In this document: positions 1-13,250 of the stretch, one piece after another
Layout: each line of letters opens with the position of its first letter
How positions within the stretch are numbered: the first letter of the stretch is position 1
Assembly (NCBI GenBank): GCA_951406725.2
Contig: OX597817.1
Coordinates: forward strand, 131,936,001 to 132,000,000
From: Octopus vulgaris
Taxonomy: Eukaryota
DNA length: 64,000 nt
Direction: 5' to 3'
The notes under the pieces: generated by a model
Seen by the model: the letters and a program-made list of their open reading frames with translations, nothing else
What the model was told of the DNA's origin: nothing
Database searches by the model: none
Position numbers and translations under genes: made by a program

Positions 1-38
<38 letters not shown>

Positions 39-847
39 ACTACTAATCACGCGGTTTTTAATTTTCTGTCTCATTGGTTATTTTTAATTCTTATTTCATT
101 AAAGTAATGTCTGGTTATCTTCACATCGTAGAAAATATTATCTCGCAATTGTTTTGTTTTTTTTAACACCATGCACTTTTTCTCTCAATGCTTTATTTTT
201 ATATCTTCTGCATTTTTGTACCTCTGCTTTGTTTTCGTATCTCTTGCATAGTTATTTCTTGTTCCTGGATCTTCAAAGCTGTAATCTTCAAAGTAAGATG
301 TTTTAAACATGTCAGTACTCTCCATCATGCTTTAGTGCCGTTGCATACAGTTAGATAAGATTTGGATAAGATCTTTGTGATGAATGGTAAGATGGTAAGA
401 TTACCTATACCGATAATCTGTATTACACAATGCCAGAACTTCTGAATATCGATTTAGTAATTTCAGATTTCTGTCATTCAGTCGTACATTTTTATATCTC
501 TGTGTAATAATGGCTGATATAAATGTTGGTCGTTTGGTGGGTTGATTTTTCCAGTTAGCGTTTACATTGTGTAAAGACAAAAGGTAAATAAGAGATAGAT
601 AGATATGTAGATAGATACAGAGAAAGAGAGAGAGCGAGAGAGAAGTAACATGGGAGTTGCAGGCTGAGTGCACATGCGAGGCAAAGAGTAAAAGAGCTCT
701 ACACACACACGGGGACAGGGAAAGAATAATAGAGTACTAGTAGTAGTTGTAGTCTCAGCAGCAGCAGCAATAATAGTAGTGGGGAGAATGAGGAGGAGAA
801 GAATAGTATAAATGAGAGAGTTAAGGTAGGACTTATACAAATGAGTG

Positions 848-1155
848 AAGGCGCGTGACTCAGTGGTTATGGTAATCGACTCATTTCCATCAGGTTGCGA
901 GTTCAAGTCACGGCGGCGCGTTGTGTTCTTGACCAAGACATCTTATTGTACCTTTCTTTAGTCCACTCGGCTGGCAAAAGTTAATAGTACTTGTATTTCA
1001 AAAGGTCGCCTTGTCACGTTCTGTGTCATGCTGAATCTCCCTCAGTACTACATTAAGGGTACATATATCTGTGGAGTGCTCAGCCACTTACTCGTTAATT
1101 TCACGAGCAGGCTGTTCCATTACCCGGATTAACTGGAAACCTCATCGTTGTAAAG
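848..1155 (+). mobile_element. tRNA-derived SINE (family D)
   Basis: A-box-like TGACTCAGTGG and B-box-like GAGTTCAAGTC head. The body recurs at about 45088-45366. Confidence 0.7.
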
Positions 1156-1295
1156 ACGAGAATGCTAGTTATAAAAATGACAAATTTTCATATTTAATTT
1201 TTAAGGCAATAAAATTTTTCCGTTTAAAAATTAATATTTATTTCATTATTTTGTTCAATAATCAAGAAATTTCATAAAAGTTAAATAATAATTAA

Positions 1296-1456
1296 CAAGT
1301 AATGTTCGTAGACAGTTCAATATGGCGGCTCCGTTCGAGCGGAATTTACTGCAATTTTTTTAACCTCAAGAGGTTATGTCCTGTTGTGGTTAAAAAATCG
1401 CAGTAAACTCCGCTTGAACGGAACAGTGATGTTGAAGTGGCAACGAACATTACTTG
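1296..1456. mobile_element. Palindromic MITE/foldback
   Basis: Arms CAAGTAATGTTCGT/ACGAACATTACTTG and CCGTTCGAGCGGAATTTACTGCAATTTTTTTAACC/GGTTAAAAAATCGCAGTAAACTCCGCTTGAACGG are reverse complements with few mismatches. Confidence 0.75.
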
Positions 1457-1629
1457 CTAGTGCAACTACTGAAATAATCACTGAGAGAGTTTTTTGAACT
1501 GGCTTTTTAGCTTAAATTATAACTATTTTATGTGTACCATGTTTCCCGATCTTACCCATAGTGGCAAAACTATACTTACTATATTTACCCGTTATATTAT
1601 TCTTGAGGTGGCTACCTTGTAAAATTGTT

Positions 1630-1815
1630 ATCACACTGGACGAAATGTTTAGTGGCATTTCCTCAAATTCCACCGAAGTCAACTTTCCATTTTGTCATTT
1701 ATGTGTTCGATAAAATAAGTACCAGTTGAACACTGGGATTGATGTAACCAACTGGTTCCCACTCCACCCCACTCCGCCCCCGAAATTGCTGGCCTTGAGC
1801 CAAAAATCGAAACCA
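1630..1815 (+). mobile_element. tRNA-derived SINE family B, diverged copy
   Basis: Shares AAATTCCGCCGAGGTCGACTTTGCCTTTCATCC..GATAAA..AAGTACCAG core with many copies, e.g. 7255-7460(-), 9225-9380(-), 31750-31945(+), 33628-33835(+), 35435-35635(+), 44365-44700, 63730-64000(-). Confidence 0.75.
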
Positions 1816-1823
1816 GCAATATT

Positions 1824-2210
1824 ATAGGAGTGGCTGTGTTGTAAGAAGCTTGCTTCTCAACCACATGGTACGGGGTTCAGTCGCACTGCGTGGCACTTCG
1901 GGCAAGCGTCTTCTATTTCTTCGGGCCGACTAAAGCCTTGTGAGTGTATTTGGTAGACGGAAACTGAAAGAAGCCCGTCGTATATATATATATAAAGTAT
2001 TTGTGCGTCTGTGTTTGTCTCTCTACCACCGCTTGCCAACCGATGTTGGTGTGTTTATGCCCCCGTAACCTAGCGGCTCGCCAAAAGATACAGATAGAAT
2101 AAGTACTACGCTTACAAAAAAGAAGTCGTGGAGTCGATTTATTAGACTAAAAGCAGTTTTCTAGCATGGCCGCATTCACATGACTGAAACAAGTAAAAGA
2201 ATAAAAGAAT
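1824..2210 (+). mobile_element. tRNA-derived SINE family A
   Basis: Head GGAGTGGCTGTGT.GTAAG..GCTTGCT..GGGTTCAGTC, core GCCTTGTGAGTG.ATTTGGTAGACGGAAACTGAAAGAAGCCCGTCG, internal TA/TG tract, tail GACTGAAACAAGTAAAAGA. More than 12 full or partial copies in the window. Confidence 0.85.
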
Positions 2211-2865
2211 ATATTTATGAAGTTTAAGAATCTAAGTTTTAGCTCATTCATCCTTTGGTCTCGGAAACATATCGTGTCTCCTTCTTTACAGACTCATAGT
2301 TCTCCACTACTGACTCGTAGTACTCTACTACTGACTCGTAGTGCTCTTTACTTGTTCTTGTGGTGGAATAGCTTTTACACTAACAGTGCTATTTATGTTG
2401 AGACCACCAAATACTGTTTTAGATTCATTGGAAAACAATGTCGTCATCATTTTGCCTTTATAATATATCGATCTAAGTTGTCTATTTTCAGATGTGGCCC
2501 TTAAGTTCTTATTTTCAGCTTATGTGATCTATAATTTAAGTTTATGCGATCTTATTCTCAAACTGCGTTGCTAATGCTTTTACATTTATTCGATTCTGAT
2601 GAAAGTATATGCGATAATCCATTGTTTTTCAAGTTGAGAGCATTCTGGTTTAAGATGATCTCCTTCAACTCACTTCAGTAAATACGCAATGTGGTTGCTG
2701 AAATATATCAAGGAGCTCAATATACGCTGATCCTGTGACAATTTAACAAACTCTTTTGAAGTATATATATTTCGTTTGTTTTTTAAATGTACACGCATAC
2801 ATACACTTAGTTGATTGTGCATATTCCATTATGTAGAGTCTTTGTGTATATGTATATATGCACAC

Positions 2866-3170
2866 GGAGGCACATGGCCTAGTGGTTAGAGCAGCGGACT
2901 CGCGGTCGAGGGATCACGGGTTCGAATCTCAGACCGGGCGATGTGTGTGTTTATGAGCTAAGCACCTAAGTTTCACGCGGCTCCGGCAGAAGGTATTGGC
3001 GAACTTCTGCTGACACTTTCGCCACAACTTTCTCTCACTCTTTCCTCCTGCATCTTGTAATTCACCTGCGTCGGAACGGCGTCCCTTCCAGGTGAGGAAC
3101 CTATACGCCAAGGAAACCGGCAAACCAGCCCTATGAGCCAGGTGTGGCTCGAGAAGGAATAAATAACAAT
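2866..3170 (+). mobile_element. tRNA(Arg)-like-derived SINE with V-domain-like central motif
   Basis: GGAGGCACATGGCCTAGTGGTTAGAGCAGCGGACTCGCGG..GGGTTCGAATCTC head (A and B boxes) with no tRNA acceptor 3' end. Central CCTGCGTCGGAACGGCGTCCCTTCCAGG. Related copy at about 40674-40920. Confidence 0.75.
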
Positions 3171-3242
3171 ACACACATACACACAAAGATTTGTATCTAT
3201 GTGCGTTTGTGTGTGTCTGTGTGTGGGTGTGTGTATGTGTAG

Positions 3243-3532
3243 CACGGAATCGACCAGACTATGGAATACTGTTATACATCACTGATCACAATCCGCTTCG
3301 CATTGTTTTAGTTTTTGAATGATGCCACCCCTCCTGGCTAGCTGAGCACACCAACCATTCCTCCTGATCGGAGGGCTATTCTGTCTGAGGGTGTCCATTT
3401 ATAGCTAAATGAACTGAGGCAAGATGAAAAGAAGTGTTTTCTCAAGAACACAAGGCGCCGCTCGGTCTGGGAATCGAACCCATAATCTAGCGATCGCGTG
3501 TCCAATGCCCTAACCACTAGGCCTGGTGCTTT
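3243..3532 (-). mobile_element. tRNA-derived SINE
   Basis: Minus strand GGCCTAGTGGTTAGGGCATTGGAC..GGGTTCGATTCCC head. The 3' part recurs at about 41545-41655 (+). Confidence 0.7.
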
Positions 3533-3697
3533 CACGTATATTATATATCTTGAACAGACATTGTTTAGGCGGAGCTCCCTACGTGACAGTTTTCTCAAAG
3601 CATCCAGACGTAAGGGAGATTATCGGAAGGATTTCGATTGATTTGGACGGCTGTTATCTGTCAAGATGAAGTATTCATTATGTATATATGCACACAC

Positions 3698-3779
<82 letters not shown>

Positions 3780-3930
3780 GCATGATTATATGTATGCATG
3801 CATGTGTTATATATGTTTGTGTATATGATGTATATATGTTTGCAGAATGTATGTATGATATATATGTATACAGAGAAAAATGGCTAGTTTTAAATATCTG
3901 AGCAAGAAATATGCCGTAACACTACCGAAT

Positions 3931-4063
3931 AGTAAAGTTTATTTGCCAATAGAATACGGTAGTCCTATACAAGGACGATGTTATTGTTGTTTAGCCCCAG
4001 GAAAATATCTTTTCCTGCTGGCTATCGACACACAGTTTGTTTCTGTATAGCATAAACAAGGGA
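3931..4063 (+). mobile_element. Diverged single arm of the foldback family at 34745 and 63359
   Basis: AGTAAAG.TTATTTGCCAA...GTCCTA...GGACGATGTT...TTTAGCCCCAGGA...GCTGGCTAT.GACAC...AACAAGGGA is colinear with the arm at 34797-34932. Confidence 0.65.
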
Positions 4064-4740
4064 GGTCATCGCTCCTATCTTTAGCCTTTGTGATTCTTTT
4101 AGTAGCCTGTGGTTGTCACGCACTGAGGACGAGAAACAACCCAGAAACCTAGGTCTGAGAGTGTCACGATGGCTATATCTTTCCTATATCTGTCTGCATA
4201 TGTATGAACATGGATGTAATTGAACCTATGAATGTGTACGTTTTGCAAGTGTGTGCGTGAGTGTGTGTGTGTAATAATATTAAATTTGGGTATGCACTTT
4301 GCTATTTACAGTCCGTTCACTGTACTAGGCTACTTGATGTCATCAACAGTATGGATTTAAATGCCACTGGATATGATTCAATCCCACTGGATATGATTCC
4401 TTCGTCTCCGGAAGTTTATAACATGAGAGAAACAGTAAGAAAATAGAATTCACAGGATTCTTTATTCAGCATTACAATCGTTTCGACCTATCGGGCTGTT
4501 TCTGGGATAGACCAGAGTATCCCAGAAACAACTGAATTTTTTCCAGTAATAATAATGTATATGACTTGAGATGTTTGCTTTACCTTAACGTTTGTTGTTC
4601 TCTTTGGTAATTATATATCCGCTATGTCGGATATTCGCAGTGGCTCCATAACTACCGTCTCAGCTATAAACTTGGAGACCTAGCAATCCGTTACAGCACT
4701 TACCTAGCGTAAGTAATCGTTTATATTTTGTGTGTGTATG

Positions 4741-4806
<66 letters not shown>

Positions 4807-4894
4807 GTAGGTCCCGGGTTGAGTCGGGGTTAACCACAGTAAATAAGGTACTCAATACATAGCAGAGTAAATTAATTCATTTATTTTATAGAAG

Positions 4895-4956
<62 letters not shown>

Positions 4957-5632
4957 TTGTGTATGTGCGTGTGTGTGTATACACCCATAAATGCGTATAT
5001 AAGGCCCCTATCTTTATTGCTTGAACCCACTGTATACTATGATATTGAAATTGTAACTTCATCTCTCATTTATCTCCGTCTTCTCATAGGACGACTCAGC
5101 AGCGGTTCCGGTTGTGCATACTATCGGAGTCACAAGGCACTGCTCCATGTGGTCCCACAGTTTCCATCTAACTAGGAATATTAGGGTCTAATCCAGTGTC
5201 TTGTATTCAAGATCCTCTACATGACATTCTGCTAGTTCAAAGCCAGGAATCTGATCTCTTAAGTCCTGCCAATAACTAAATCAACGCCCTGATGCCGACG
5301 CTTCGATTTATCGTCCTCACACTCATATATTAGCAACCTAAAGGCAAATTAATAGACGTCACTAAAGCGACGGAGGGTACAAAGTCGTATCGGCATTGCT
5401 AGAAATAAGCGTTAAACCGACTCACTAGCCACGAGAGCACTACCTTGATAAGCTGACAAGGAGATAAGCTCCTTCCGGTCGCAAATCTAACCATATCTCC
5501 GGTGATTTCGAATTTTAATGCAGAGCATCTTATTTCTCATCGGTGGCTCTTACCGCGCCTAGGGTTAGACTCATCTCACCTTGTAAACTTATAAGAAAAA
5601 CAATTGAAAGCTTGTGCTGATTTCAAAAGAGG

Positions 5633-5770
5633 TATGTATGTATGTATGTATGTATGTATGTATGTATGTATGTATGCATGTATGCATGCATGTATGTATG
5701 TATGTATGTATGTATGTATGTATGTATGTATGTATGTATGTATGTATGTATGTATGTGTATGTATGTATA
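5633..5770. repeat. (TATG)n microsatellite
   Basis: Direct observation. Source of the MYVC/HTYI ORFs. Confidence 0.97.
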
Positions 5771-6008
5771 CAGGGTGGCTCAAAAGTAGGTTTACAGCTA
5801 TTCAATTATATCTCTTTCGCATTCATATATTAAGAGTTTAAATCTTAATTATAAACAAATTATGAAACCATTATTCTATGCTAATTTAGTTAATTTTGTC
5901 AAGCTCCCTTTTCAGTTTGTAAGGCAGAAATTTAAATGTAATAAAATGTTTTAAATGAAATTTAAAATGCCTACGTGATAACTGGGAACCTACTTTTGGG
6001 TCACCCTG
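5771..6008. mobile_element. Tc1/mariner-type MITE
   Basis: TA|CAGGGTGGCTCAAAAGTAGGTT ... AACCTACTTTTGGGTCACCCTG|TA: terminal inverted repeats with TA target duplication. Confidence 0.88.
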
Positions 6009-6039
6009 TATATATATATATTCATATTTATGTATAATC

Positions 6040-6200
6040 CGAGGAAGAAGAAGGAGAATAAGGAGGAGGAGGGGAGGAGGAGGTGGAGGAGGAAGAGTAG
6101 GAGGAGGAGGAGAAGGAGAAGAAGAAGAAGAAGAAGAAGAAGAAGAAGAAGAAGAAGAAGAAGAAGAAGAAGAAGAAGAAGAAGAAGAAGAAGAAGAAGA
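6040..6200. repeat. (GGA)n/(GAA)n purine microsatellite
   Basis: Direct observation. Source of the poly-R/poly-F ORFs. Confidence 0.95.
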
Positions 6201-6204
6201 AATT

Positions 6205-6432
6205 CTTTAACACATGTTTAACGATTCGTTACAGTTGCTTCTGTACCATCTCTGCTAGCAAATCCAGTTCACGCAAAAACTTCGAAGTGAAAATTTGCGT
6301 ATTGTTTGTAGCTTTAAAGTGACTCTTCACCAGATTTGCAACAAAGGTGACAGCACACCTTTGCATAAAATGGCGTAGTGTGTAAAGTTTGTACAGAAGC
6401 AAATGTAACGAATCATTAAAGATGTTTTAAAG
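6205..6432. mobile_element. Palindromic MITE
   Basis: CTTTAACACATGTTTAACGATTCGTTACAGTTGCTTCTGTAC pairs with GTACAGAAGCAAATGTAACGAATCATTAAAGATGTTTTAAAG. Confidence 0.7.
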
Positions 6433-8535
6433 GATTTTTTGTCTTTTATTATTTTGATTATAATTTACTCTTCGTCAAACCCCACTGTGACCTGAATAAT
6501 TCCAGCATTCGTCTGGAACCCGACAATGTTGATAGCCCAATGTTCAAGTTTGAGGGGTTTCTCTGGAAATTCCCTACCTTTACACCCTACCAAGACCTAA
6601 GATTATACACACACACACGCACACATACACGCGATGTGCTTGGTTCACTTACTTTCTACCAAATCCACTCACAAGGTTTGGATCGGCTCAAAGCTATTGT
6701 CAAAGACACTTCCTCAAGACTGCACTCAGTGGGATCGAACCCAGAACCGTGTACTTGGGAAACAAGATTCTTACCACAGAGCCACGCATGCGTCGTGTTT
6801 CATTTCTTTTTTACTTCAGAATTTTTCTACTGCCAGAGTGTTTTTCCTTTCATATCTGACAGAAAAATGTTTGAAACTCCATCTTAATTCACAGCACATC
6901 GATATATTTTGGTGAATACATCGGTATTTTTAGCACACATTGTATAGAACAGCAGAGACAGAAACCATTTATGCCTTGAAGGCTGAAAAACAGCTTTCCT
7001 GTGTTTAACTACCGAATATGAATATTTGTTTGGCTAAATTCCATCCCCTTCTCACCTAAAAACCGTGCCACAAAATCTAGTAATTTTTCAATATTGTATT
7101 TCAAGTGAGTATCTACTTTATGTGTTTATGTTTGCTTCATAAATGCGTTTGCATGTTGACTTAGGCATATCCATTTTTCTATATTACCCTTACTCTCTGG
7201 CGAACGCTTAGTTTGTGAGATTTATTAGTTTACATCGATGAGTTTTATTGGTTTCAAATTTTGGCATAATGTCATCAAGTACAGGAGAAGTGGATATGTC
7301 GATTAAATCTAGCCCAGTATTCAACTCGTACTTATTTTATCGGCTCCGAAAGGATAAATGACAGAGTCGACGTCGGTGGAATTGGAACTCAGAACGTAAA
7401 GACGGACGAAATGCCGCTTAGCATTTCGCCCAGCGTGCTACCAAATCCGCCCGCACGCAGCTTTTCAGCAATGGGTACTGTTAAAATTAAATGTATGATA
7501 TTTTAACATATGGAGCGATTACATTACATCAGGAGTACTATTTATAGAATCAGCTACATTTTCTAAATACATTTTTTATTAAGGGAAAGACTTTATATGA
7601 AAAATTTAGTGTCTATGATTGCGACATCATTCCCAAACTCAAAGACGTGGTTTCTGTTTCTGTCGGGGATATTCTGAAAGGTGGTGTCACAGCATGGCCG
7701 TAGTGAGAATTGGTAAAACACAGCGCCCCCAAAGCTAAAATTGCATTGCTTCATTCTGTGTTCATGTTGACCATCAATTTGAAGAGAGATATGTTTATAA
7801 TTGACTCGACGCCAATTATTAACGCTTATTCACGTACTGTCATGTTTATGTGCATTTGCGCATGGAAACGCTATACGTTGCTACGCTAATAAGTTGTTTA
7901 GGGAGAAGAGATTCTTCTTATAGACAATATGGGTGTGTCGAAGATTCGAAACCGAATCACTAGGTCGCCGGACAGACATGATGGTTTGACCTCAGTAGTT
8001 TCACTTGATTGGTCTATTTAGTGACCAGTCAGCATCCTGCCATCGTGCGATACGATTTACTAGAACTTTCTCGCCGTGCTCGCTATATAAGCACCTTTAG
8101 CGGTAATTACAGAATGCTGAGGCAGCCGCTCACCGTCACCACACCCAGCCGATGGCAAATAGGAGGCAGAGATTTTCTCCCCAAGAATATAGCGCAATTA
8201 AATTCCAGTTGGGATGGACCAACCGCAGAGTGTTACATCAGTAAACGTCAGGTGTAGGTGTTTAGACAAACACTAAAAGATGTAAACACATTATAAGACC
8301 ATATATGATGTCCAAAAGCTATAAAAAAAACATGCGTTTTTGAGTTGTTACACTTCACAAGCTACGTATACCGAGTCGTCGCTCATGGCCATTAAGCAAT
8401 AGTCGCTCTTATGTTACAATAGCAAATCGTATACTGATGTGCGGAAAGCAGAGTGAAGCCGGAATGAATTAGTTAGAGGCACATTAAGCAGTATCGAATG
8501 ACATATAATGTTGCCATCACTTATTTGACCTGTTG

Positions 8536-8593
8536 GTCTACATATGGATACGGAAAGACAATACTGTCTACATATGGATACGGAAAGACAATA
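8536..8593. repeat. 30-bp-period tandem duplication
   Basis: GTCTACATATGGATACGGAAAGACAATA occurs at 8536 and 8566. Confidence 0.9.
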
Positions 8594-10300
8594 AGCTGTC
8601 TCGAGGGAAGAAATTCTAATATACAATATAAATGCGATCACACCCCTAGGGCGTGAATAACGTTACCGAACCGTGGGGTGCTTATGTATCTGTGTCGTTA
8701 TATTTAATCAGATATACGAATCGAGCCATCGATCATGGCTTCTAAGAACTGGTCGATATTTTATCAGAATAGCAAACTGTCCATTTAAAGATGCGTAACA
8801 CTGTTTGTGAAATTGAAATATTACGCGCCCTGAAGTTGAAGGATGGACAGTAAAGAAAAACCTCCACCGGAAATAAACCCCAGTATTAATGGTACATAAC
8901 TAAATGCTTCAAAATATATTAAATTTCAATCCACCAGGAATATTGCTACATATATACTCCAAATCTCGACAGAAATTGAAGAATTTTGCTCTATTTTCTG
9001 ATTGCACCAAAAGTGAACGATATTCTTTCTATTTATTCTATAAGCAGAGAGTTTTATTTTTCTGGAGTTCTAAGATTCATAAGAACTGTTAACCGGTTTC
9101 CATGGAGTATAAATGATCAATATTACAACATCCAATCGAACAGAACACCGGTCTGTTTCATGGGTGAAGACCAGCAATGCTTGAGATGTTGGGGCACAAG
9201 TCAGTTACATGGATTCTAGTAAATGACTAGTACTTTATTATACAACGTCCCGAGGAAATGGGCGGCATATTTGGCCTCGGTGGGATTTGAAATCGGAACG
9301 TATCAACCTGAAAGAATAAAAAAAAAATGCCCATAAATGTATTGTTCGACGCGCTAACGATTCTGCCAGCGCACCGCCTTCAGCAAACAAATATCAAAAA
9401 AGAAAAAGTCATAAATTTCCGCATTTGAGAATAGTATTTCACTGAATAATCTAATGGCTGAAATATTATACACCCGAGGTATATTAATATTCTCGTTGGC
9501 AATTAACAAACTGGTAACATATCGTCGTGTTTGTATTGAAAATTTGAAAGAAATGTAATTAACCAATCCACTAACTAGTCATCATAATCTTGTTTACATA
9601 ATTCTTTAATTACATAAGAATGGCTAAGAATCGCTGCACGTCTGAAATTTTTTAAATATCATAAAATTATTGGCTGCTTAATAATAACCATATGGAGTCA
9701 AGTCATGTCTGGGCAGTATTGTATATAACCAAGCGCAGTCTGCAGACATTGACGTGCGTGAATACACAGAGATGGAGAGAGAGAGAGAGAGAGAGGGTGG
9801 GGTAAAAAGGAAAGAGACGGGGAAATCGAGAGAAGGAGAGAGAGGTTCGTATTTGGTTTGCAAGATTCTTGATGTAGACTCGTTTGTTGAAGCAGATCTG
9901 GAGGAAGAAAGTTCAAGTCACTGATGACGTCGCGAACATCAACGCCTTGAGCAAACCTAGAGAACCACGGCTGGAATTTAGGAGGTGCAGGATTCTAAAG
10001 GGTATTAACCTGATAGCCTTCATGTGTTCGGGAATTCCTTTATTTTCTGTATAATATCAACACACTCAGCACTAATAAAATGGTCTCACGTTCCAAAAGT
10101 TATTCCTTACCCGCATAAAAGGGCAGTATCTGCTATCAGGGGCGTCTTAGCTTAATGGTACAGAGATGAAGGTTTCGATTCTCGGTTAAATCTCGCTAGC
10201 CACTTTTTCATGTCTTCTCAAAGGTATTTACTAGATTTTCTAAGGAGGTTTTCACAGCCTTCCTGCCTAAGATATATACATACTTACGTATATCTATATC

Positions 10301-10385
<85 letters not shown>

Positions 10386-10654
10386 ATATATATATATATA
10401 TATGTATGTATATCTGTGAGTGTGTGTGCATAATATATATATATATGCATGCGCGTTTATCTCCCACCCCAACATCGCTTGACAACCGATGCTGGTGTGT
10501 TTAGTTCCCCGTGACTTAGCGGTTCGGCCAAAGAACTGATAGAATAAGTACTAAGCTTACGAAGAATAAGTCCTGGGGTCGATTTGATTCGACTAAAGGC
10601 GGTACTCCAGCATGGCCGCAACCAAATGACTGACACCAAGTAAAAAATATAAAA

Positions 10655-10691
<37 letters not shown>

Positions 10692-10974
10692 CAACTGTAT
10701 AATAATATATCATAATAATATTTATTTTCCGATTGGAAGGGACAAGTTTTAAATACAAACAAAGGACTGAAAAATGATGAGCTAACTTAAGGCAGAATCA
10801 AATCAGAGATATATAATGCTAGAGGGTATCGTGTTCGCTTTTACCGCTAGACAATGCCAGCTAACCTTAAGGAATGTAGACAAACTCCAGTTAGCTCAAT
10901 TTGCTATACTCCGTAAATCCTCAGTTTACTAAATCCAAATGATTTTATAAATGCCTCTTCTCCTGATATTAATT

Positions 10975-11037
<63 letters not shown>

Positions 11038-11625
11038 GTGTGCGTGTGTGCGTGTATATATATATGTTTGTATGTGTTTGTGTGTGTGTATGTGTGTATG
11101 CGTGTGTGTATGTGTGAGAGAGAGAGAGAGAAAAAGAGAGAGGTAATAATTCGTGCTGCTTGAATTTTCTAATTTTGTAATTGACTAATGCACTAAACAA
11201 AATATTTTGTATGAACAGCTTTCTTATTGTTTGAGGCTATAGGCTGGAATTGTGTTATTTTAGGGTCCATAGAAAAAAATGATAGCTACATGTATCTTCC
11301 AACTGTCTGAAACATGGAGTCCTATGAATATTTTGTTCTTCATATAAATATCTTACTTAACCCAAGCAATAACAATTTTTCTCATGAAACTGTGTCCCCT
11401 ACACCTGCTAGAAACATTTACGTTCTTCTCCCTATCTCCACCCACATTTCATACAACTACTAGCATGTACCACACTTAATTTTCACATGAAACGCTCCAT
11501 CTAACGCAAGAATCCCATGCAACAGATACTAGGCATCAAAATCATTATGATATCCGTTAGGCTGCCGAGGAAAGAATTTCAGTGCTGATAAGATATTATA
11601 TTTCGTTCTGTAGATATAACTCTGC

Positions 11626-11722
11626 ATGCTGTTAATATCTGTTAATTTGGTTTACGTGTCTGTTATTGTTTCGTTTGGATGTGCTGTCCAAGGTCTAAAC
11701 ATGTCAGCACATATGATACTTG
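11626..11722 (+). CDS. Candidate first coding exon (signal peptide) of the EGF-pentraxin gene
   Basis: Acceptor tttcgttctgtag ends 11613. In-frame TAA at 11617-11619 precedes ATG at 11626. Encodes MLLISVNLVYVSVIVSFGCAVQG-LNMSAHMIL (hydrophobic core, small residues at -3/-1). Phase-1 donor G|GTAGGC at 11723 matches the phase of the downstream exons. Linkage to those exons is inference. Confidence 0.5.
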
Positions 11723-12140
11723 GTAGGCTTACTTGCAGAGTGGAATATTATTTTGTACATGCAATTTTAATTATTGTCTAAGATGGTCAGTTAATTGTTA
11801 TAATGCAAATACGAAGCATGTATATGAATCACTGTATGATGACGGCAATTAAGCTGAATTTTCGCAATCATTGTCAGCCTGATCTTTGTAAAAAGAAATA
11901 CACATACACACCCAGACCCACAAACACGCACATTGTTTTGACTGTCAGGAGTCAGAAATTAACTCAAGGGCCGAGTGTTTCTTGTTATTGCTTCGTTTTG
12001 ATGCATTAATGTAATGTTTGGGGCCTTAACATGAGTCACCTTGCAACTTCTGCCAACAAATATATAAATATATTTTTTTCTCCTTTTTTCTCTCCTATTT
12101 TTTTTCTCCTTTTTTTTCTCTCCTTGTTTTTTCTGTGTCA

Positions 12141-12176
12141 CTTTCTGTTGAAGGGCGTTGGCTCGAAACGTAAAAG
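12141..12176 (+). ncRNA. Minimal type I hammerhead-like motif, A6U core variant, in a Penelope-type short repeat (about 12070-12270)
   Basis: CTTT-CTGTTGA-A-GGGC gttg GCTC-GAAA-CG-TA-AAAG: stem I CTTT/AAAG, stem II, palindromic ACGT stem III. Confidence 0.6.
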
Positions 12177-12266
12177 ACTTTTTCTTTTCCTGAGCGTTAT
12201 ACTAATATATCTGTTTGTTTTGTACACCACCTGTCTTCGTCTTTTGTTTTTTGTTTTGTAAACTCT

Positions 12267-12344
<78 letters not shown>

Positions 12345-13250
12345 TCAGTTTTTCCTATCCAGTGTGTACGAATAAACACACACACACAGACACGCACACA
12401 CGCACACACTCACACACACACACATTCATGTGTGTATAGTGAAATAGGCAGCAAATAACTATGAATGGAACGACGATGAATGGGACCCCCATCTCCTATC
12501 AAACCAACAATAATTAAGTTAATTGGAACAAATTTGATGACGTGTCTTTTATTATCTTATATGTGTCATTCATATTGAATGCAACGAATCGATGCTTCTA
12601 GTTAAACTATGACAAGTCAATGCTATGTGACAGCAATTAACATTATAATTATCAACATTCAATAGAAACGACGGGAGAAAAGTCATCCTGTCACGTGACA
12701 TTGAGTATAACCACGACAATACATCAGACCTCGTCACTCACGTATCAATAATATTTTCATTGAATTCGTTCGTCAAATTTCTCTCACAATTATTTCTTCA
12801 GATGACATCTTTTCTCTCATCTCAAGAACTCGAAGAATTGCCGCCATGAAAACACGGTAGTAATTACAGAAACATTTTGAAATGTCATTGCAGAAATAAT
12901 GGATGATATTTTTGTATCTGAATGTCATTGTTGCTTTAAGCAGACCGGAAAATTTAGAAATAACAATCCACCTCCCCCCACCCGCCAAAGAAAAAAACAA
13001 GATGATTATATGGAAAATAATTTACTTTTTCTTAGAAAATTGGAAGTTTAACATACAATTTTTGTTTTGATTTCCATTTAAATGTTTTGGAAATATATAC
13101 ATATACATATTGTTGCTATTATGCAAAAGTCTCGTAAATCCAAAAGTTGCTTTTTCAGAAAACGAAGAAAGGATTTCACCATTCCATAACAAAACCGTTG
13201 CACTACGCTTTGACAATTTTTCATATCATGGCATCTGAAGAAGTTGGAGA

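Noticed and set aside
2866-2940. tRNA gene (also 3460-3530, 40674-40745, 44716-44790)
   Set aside because: A and B boxes are present, but there is no acceptor-stem closure and each runs into a SINE body.
5589-6221. Many low-complexity ORFs (MYVC, YIYI, poly-R/I/Y/N/L, SIYL) here and throughout
   Set aside because: Translations of microsatellites with no coding signal.
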